From an uncultured Candidatus Saccharibacteria bacterium (GTDB lineage: Bacteria > Patescibacteriota > Minisyncoccia > Phycocordibacterales > Zambryskibacteraceae): DNA of 40,300 bases. The translations under genes and the position numbers were made by a program. The first letter of the stretch is position 1; every line of letters begins with the position of its first letter. The stretch covers positions 1 through 40,300 of the forward strand of contig CAYGCY010000005.1 in assembly GCA_964348525.1 (NCBI GenBank), read 5' to 3'. Below, piece after piece: positions 36,293-40,300 of the stretch. A model generated the notes under the pieces. The model made no database searches, was not told the origin of the DNA, and worked only from the letters and a program-made list of their open reading frames with translations.

Positions 36293-37642
36293 ATGACCAT
36301 TTTTTTCTTTAAAAAAATAATAGCAATCGTCGCAGTTACCGCCGTAATTTTCCCGGTTGGTTTGTTTGGGGCATCTGCTACAGCAACGGATTCTTTTAAA
36401 GTGTTTTTAACAGTAGATCAGGAGACAGCCCCTGGAACGACAGGAGGCGGTGGCGGTGGTGTGGGTACACAATTTCCGATAATTACAAATGTTGTCGTGA
36501 CACCAAGCATAAACGGCGCTGTAATCACATACAAAACAGCAATACCGGCGACCACCACTCTTTCTTATGGAAAATCTACTAGTTTTGAAATAGGAACAAT
36601 AGGAGACCCAACTCTTTCTGAGAGCCATATAGCAAATATTTCAGACTTAACTCCAAATACTACTTATTATTTTTCAATAGACGCTAAGTCTTTTTCTGGT
36701 TCCTTGGCTAATAGTGGAACAATCAGCTTCAACACTCTTCCCGTGGGGCCAGTAGTAAATGCTCTTTCTTTTAGTGCAACAGCACGAGAAAAAGATATTG
36801 AACTCAATTGGAGACTTCCGGTTGAGTTAAAAAACTCGACTGTCAGAATTGTAAGATCAGAAACTTTTTATCCTGTAGATGTAGAAGATGGCAAAACTAT
36901 TTTTGAAAATGCAGGGCAGAATCAGTTCGTTGATTCTGATGTGGTTGCACAAGTGAGATATTACTACACGCTTTTTATAAAAGGAGATGATGGTAAATAT
37001 TCGTCTGGTGCTGTGGCAGACGCCAAAATACCTTTGCCGGGAGAAAAAGAGGAAACACAGGCAGATCTTTTTGACCGATTGTCTAAAGCCCCATTTGTAG
37101 ATGAAAGAATTTCTTCTTTGTCGATATCAGATTTTATTTTCTCTCAACCAGACCGTGAAGATTTTAGTTCAAAAGGAGACGAAACTCTTTTTATAGAAGG
37201 CGATAAAAATCTGACAATAAAACTTTCTTATGCCCGTGTTCCAGAACTTCTAAAAACAATCGCGATTACTCTGTCTGATCCAGATGAAAAGAGTAGAAAG
37301 TTTACATTTCTTTTGAGGGTTGATGAAGATAAAACATTTTATACCGCGACCATTGCGCCCCTCGGAAGGTCTGGCGAATACAAAATGGATGTAGCGATTG
37401 TTGATTATAAAAATCAGGGATTGAAAAAAATAAGTGCAAATCTCCTTGCAGTTGTTTCTAGACCATTTGTTACAGAAGGAGTTTTTGTACCCCCAGTAGG
37501 TTTTACGGTAAACGATCTTGTGATGCTTCTTGTTGTGGTACTAGCTCTGTTCGCCCTCTCTTATATGTCAGTTAGAAGAATAGACCTCTCTTACTTGAGA
37601 GGTGTGTGGTCGAGGTATCGCCCAGCCAGACGCAGAAGATAA
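36293..37642 (+). CDS. Surface protein with fibronectin type III-like domains and C-terminal TM anchor
   Basis: Signal peptide, Gly linker, DLTPNTTYYF, LNW...VRIVRS...YYYTLF, C-terminal hydrophobic helix with Arg-rich tail. Confidence 0.8.
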   Translation: MTIFFFKKIIAIVAVTAVIFPVGLFGASATATDSFKVFLTVDQETAPGTTGGGGGGVGTQFPIITNVVVTPSINGAVITYKTAIPATTTLSYGKSTSFEIGTIGDPTLSESHIANISDLTPNTTYYFSIDAKSFSGSLANSGTISFNTLPVGPVVNALSFSATAREKDIELNWRLPVELKNSTVRIVRSETFYPVDVEDGKTIFENAGQNQFVDSDVVAQVRYYYTLFIKGDDGKYSSGAVADAKIPLPGEKEETQADLFDRLSKAPFVDERISSLSISDFIFSQPDREDFSSKGDETLFIEGDKNLTIKLSYARVPELLKTIAITLSDPDEKSRKFTFLLRVDEDKTFYTATIAPLGRSGEYKMDVAIVDYKNQGLKKISANLLAVVSRPFVTEGVFVPPVGFTVNDLVMLLVVVLALFALSYMSVRRIDLSYLRGVWSRYRPARRRR

Positions 37643-37643
37643 T

Positions 37644-40300
37644 ATGAAAACTTTCTTTAACAAAATAATAATATTCTTTATTATCTTCGTTCTAGTATTT
37701 CCTCCATCACTTTTGGCTTTACCAGAAAAAGCACAGGCTAGTTTCAACGAGCAAATTAACTATCAAGGCAAACTAACCTCCACTTCTAATGTGGCCGTAT
37801 CAGACGGTGTTTACCATATGCGTTTTGCTTTGTACACCAGCGAGACTGGAGGTGTAGCAATATGGAATGAAGATAGGTCAAGTGCTTTAGGAAACAGAGT
37901 AACCGTAACTAACGGCCTGTTCTCTGTGATGCTTGGTTCCTCCACATCGCTTGCCAATGTTGATTTCAATCAGACCCTTTATCTAGGAGTCGAGATTGGA
38001 GGCTCAGCTGGAGCGCCAACATGGGACGGGGAAATGTCTCCTAGAAAAATTTTTGGAGCCGTCCCTGCCGCGTTCGTGTCCAAAAATCTTGACGGTGGAA
38101 GCGCCACCACTACCAATCTTTTAGTTACTTCTTCCACCACTCTCCAAAATTTCACTGCACAAAATTCAACAACAACAAATGCAACAACCACGAATCTTTT
38201 TTCCACAAATTTATATTCAACTAACCTAAACCTCACAAATGGAATATTAGAAAATTCTACAACAACAAATGCCACTTCTACTTATTTATATATTTCAGGC
38301 CTAGCTTCAACCACTGATTTTAGGGGAAATGTAGCAAGTCTAGGCTATTTAAATAGCACATTTGGTGCATTTGCTAATCTTTTAGTAAACGGTTCTTCAA
38401 CTCTCCAAAACTTCACATTCCAAAATGCTACAGGAACTTCAGCCACTACAACTTCATTCGCAATATCAGGGCTTTCAAATACGCTTCTCAAAGCAAATGC
38501 CAATGGCTCAATAATAGGAGCCACAGCAGGAACCGATTACCAATCTCCAGTTTCTGCCACTTTCCCAGTACTCTTTAATTCAAATGTTATTTCTCTAGGC
38601 TTTGGTACGACAACTAATAATTCATGGAGTGGTGAACAAACATTCCTAGCCTCCACAACTCTCCAAAACTTCACATTCCAAAATGCTACAGGAACAAATG
38701 CCACCACTACAAACTTATTTGTGTCCGGTTTGGCGTCTACAACTAACATTAGGTCAAACACTGCTTTGTTTGGAAATGTTGGAATTGGGACTACGAATCC
38801 ACAAGGAGTTTTGGATGTTGCGGGGATACCGAACAACGGCTCTGTTTATTTCCGTTCAACCGAGCGACCATTTGTTGATATTAAAGGTGGAACAAGCAGT
38901 TACAAAACGTTGCGATTTTCCGAGGGTGCAGATGGGACATATTTATGGGATGTGAATATTGAACCCACAAATAACAATATGGAATTTTGGGGGAACGGAG
39001 GGCAAAGAGTTGTTTTTACATCAAGCGGTCGTTTGGGTGTTGGAACAGCAGATCCCAGTTATGGCCTAGAGGTTTCTGGAAGTAGTGGAACCAGTCCAAT
39101 GATTGTGGCTAGAAATGCTGTAAATTCTTCTGACACAAATTGGGGTTCACTTGGCGTTTTAAACGACGCAGCATACGCAGTGGGCAACAATGCGAGAATT
39201 ACTTTCCTTGCACACAATACTGCACAAGTCATTCATCCATACGCAACCGTGGGAATGGAAGTAGAGGGAGAGTATATGGGGGCTATCACTTTCAACACAC
39301 GAACTGTGGGAGGTGCGACTGGTGAGAGAATGAGAGTTACAAATGGTGGAAATCTTGGCATCGGTACCACCTCTCCTCTCACAAAACTTGGAGTTGCAGG
39401 CAATGCGTATATAGGAGGATGGCTAGTAGCAACAGGCACAGCACAAATTGATGGAGCAACCGTATTAAATTCAACACTGTTTGTTAATTCTTCCACCACT
39501 CTTCAAAACTTCACATTCCAGAACGCAACGGGTACTCAAGCCACCACCACAAATTTGTTTGTGTCAGGCCGTGCATCAACAACAGAGTTGAGAGCGAATA
39601 CTGGCTTGTTTGGAATAGTGGGTGTAGGTAATGGAATACCATCAAGGACACTAGATGTTACAGGTACAGGAAGATTTACAAGCACTCTTACTTTGGGGTC
39701 AGTAACTCTTTGTACTGGTGCCCAAGCACTTCAGACTGATGGTTCAGGGCAAATTTCTTGCGGTACCATAAATACTGGAGGCGCATCTACAGGAGGCGGG
39801 TGGACTACTGACAACATAGGAGTAGTAACCATTTCTACATCAACAGACAGAGTAGTCGTGGGGGCATCTACCACTCCTTACGGAAAATTTACTGTAGTTT
39901 CAGGAAATGTTTCTACCACCACCGCAGTATTTGTTCCGGCCAATGCCCAGACCGCAAACATATTTGATATATATGACAATTCGGGGGATTTAGATACTGT
40001 CTTAACAGCCTCAGGATATTTGGGGTTAGGAACTACAAGTCCATCTCAAAGACTTTCTGTTGGAGGAAATGTTTTAGCAGATAGATTTTTTGCTACCTCA
40101 CTAACAGAGGATTCTCTTTTGCCGAGAATAATATTTACTTCTGCGACAGGTACGGAAGCCACTACCACAAACTTTTTCTCTGCTAATGGAACATTTACAA
40201 ACCTCTTTGGTTCCACAGGTATACTTACGAATCTTCTAGTCAACAGCTCCACCACCCTCCAAAACCTCACATTCCAAAACGCAACAGGAACTCAAGCCAC
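37644..40300 (+). CDS. Giant secreted tail-fibre-like repeat protein, partial (~885 codons in the window, continues beyond it)
   Basis: Absent from the ORF track, consistent with no in-window stop. Hand translation: signal peptide (AQA|S), INYQGKL..GLFSVMLG..EMSPRK domain, repeated STTLQNFTFQNATGT.ATTT, and GNVGIGTTNP/GNLGIGTTSP beta repeats. Confidence 0.9.
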   Translation, partial: MKTFFNKIIIFFIIFVLVFPPSLLALPEKAQASFNEQINYQGKLTSTSNVAVSDGVYHMRFALYTSETGGVAIWNEDRSSALGNRVTVTNGLFSVMLGSSTSLANVDFNQTLYLGVEIGGSAGAPTWDGEMSPRKIFGAVPAAFVSKNLDGGSATTTNLLVTSSTTLQNFTAQNSTTTNATTTNLFSTNLYSTNLNLTNGILENSTTTNATSTYLYISGLASTTDFRGNVASLGYLNSTFGAFANLLVNGSSTLQNFTFQNATGTSATTTSFAISGLSNTLLKANANGSIIGATAGTDYQSPVSATFPVLFNSNVISLGFGTTTNNSWSGEQTFLASTTLQNFTFQNATGTNATTTNLFVSGLASTTNIRSNTALFGNVGIGTTNPQGVLDVAGIPNNGSVYFRSTERPFVDIKGGTSSYKTLRFSEGADGTYLWDVNIEPTNNNMEFWGNGGQRVVFTSSGRLGVGTADPSYGLEVSGSSGTSPMIVARNAVNSSDTNWGSLGVLNDAAYAVGNNARITFLAHNTAQVIHPYATVGMEVEGEYMGAITFNTRTVGGATGERMRVTNGGNLGIGTTSPLTKLGVAGNAYIGGWLVATGTAQIDGATVLNSTLFVNSSTTLQNFTFQNATGTQATTTNLFVSGRASTTELRANTGLFGIVGVGNGIPSRTLDVTGTGRFTSTLTLGSVTLCTGAQALQTDGSGQISCGTINTGGASTGGGWTTDNIGVVTISTSTDRVVVGASTTPYGKFTVVSGNVSTTTAVFVPANAQTANIFDIYDNSGDLDTVLTASGYLGLGTTSPSQRLSVGGNVLADRFFATSLTEDSLLPRIIFTSATGTEATTTNFFSANGTFTNLFGSTGILTNLLVNSSTTLQNLTFQNATGTQA
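38398..38695 (+). repeat. Intragenic direct repeats
   Basis: Identical 40-mer CAACTCTCCAAAACTTCACATTCCAAAATGCTACAGGAAC at 38398-38437 and 38656-38695; diverged copies near 38140, 39500 and 40255. Confidence 0.9.

Noticed and set aside
38398..40300. Diversity-generating retroelement TR/VR pair
   Set aside because: All copies are in-frame coding repeats, differences are not adenine-specific, and no reverse transcriptase is in the window.
37644..40300. Prophage tail gene
   Set aside because: It has a Sec signal peptide and no capsid, terminase or integrase neighbours; better read as a cellular surface protein.
1..40300. Alternative genetic code (TGA=Gly)
   Set aside because: Long conserved genes (secA, gatB) are intact under code 11 and several genes end at TGA.

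Overview
AT-rich chromosomal window that looks like a Patescibacteria/CPR (Parcubacteria-like) genome, standard code 11; the taxonomy is inferred from the 16S features and gene content. In order it holds: (i) the 3' end of an unlinked 16S rRNA gene with an expanded helix 40 and no recognisable CCUCC anti-Shine-Dalgarno tail; (ii) tRNA-Ile(GAU); (iii) a DUF4015-like glycoside hydrolase and a stand-alone VirD4/TraG-like ATPase; (iv) a ~22 kb surface-glycan locus (seven GT4, two GT2, a GT-C-like membrane protein, epimerase, oxidoreductases, three methyltransferases, carbamoyltransferase, Wzx flippase, O-antigen-ligase/TPR protein); (v) an unannotated 29-aa Lys/Arg/Ala peptide; (vi) secA-MYG1-gatB; (vii) a ~230 bp nested palindrome; (viii) a cell-surface locus (MerR-like HTH, tandem-HTH membrane protein, WxL-system-like fusion protein, Fn3 protein, giant tail-fibre-like repeat protein running off the window). 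The most striking pattern is two expression grammars side by side. Native genes have a -10 box 7-11 nt before an SD-less start codon (near-leaderless). Four GC-richer orphan genes each sit in a self-contained cassette with a TTGACA/-10 promoter, an SD-like motif and a terminator hairpin, signals the adjacent 16S tail apparently cannot read by base-pairing.
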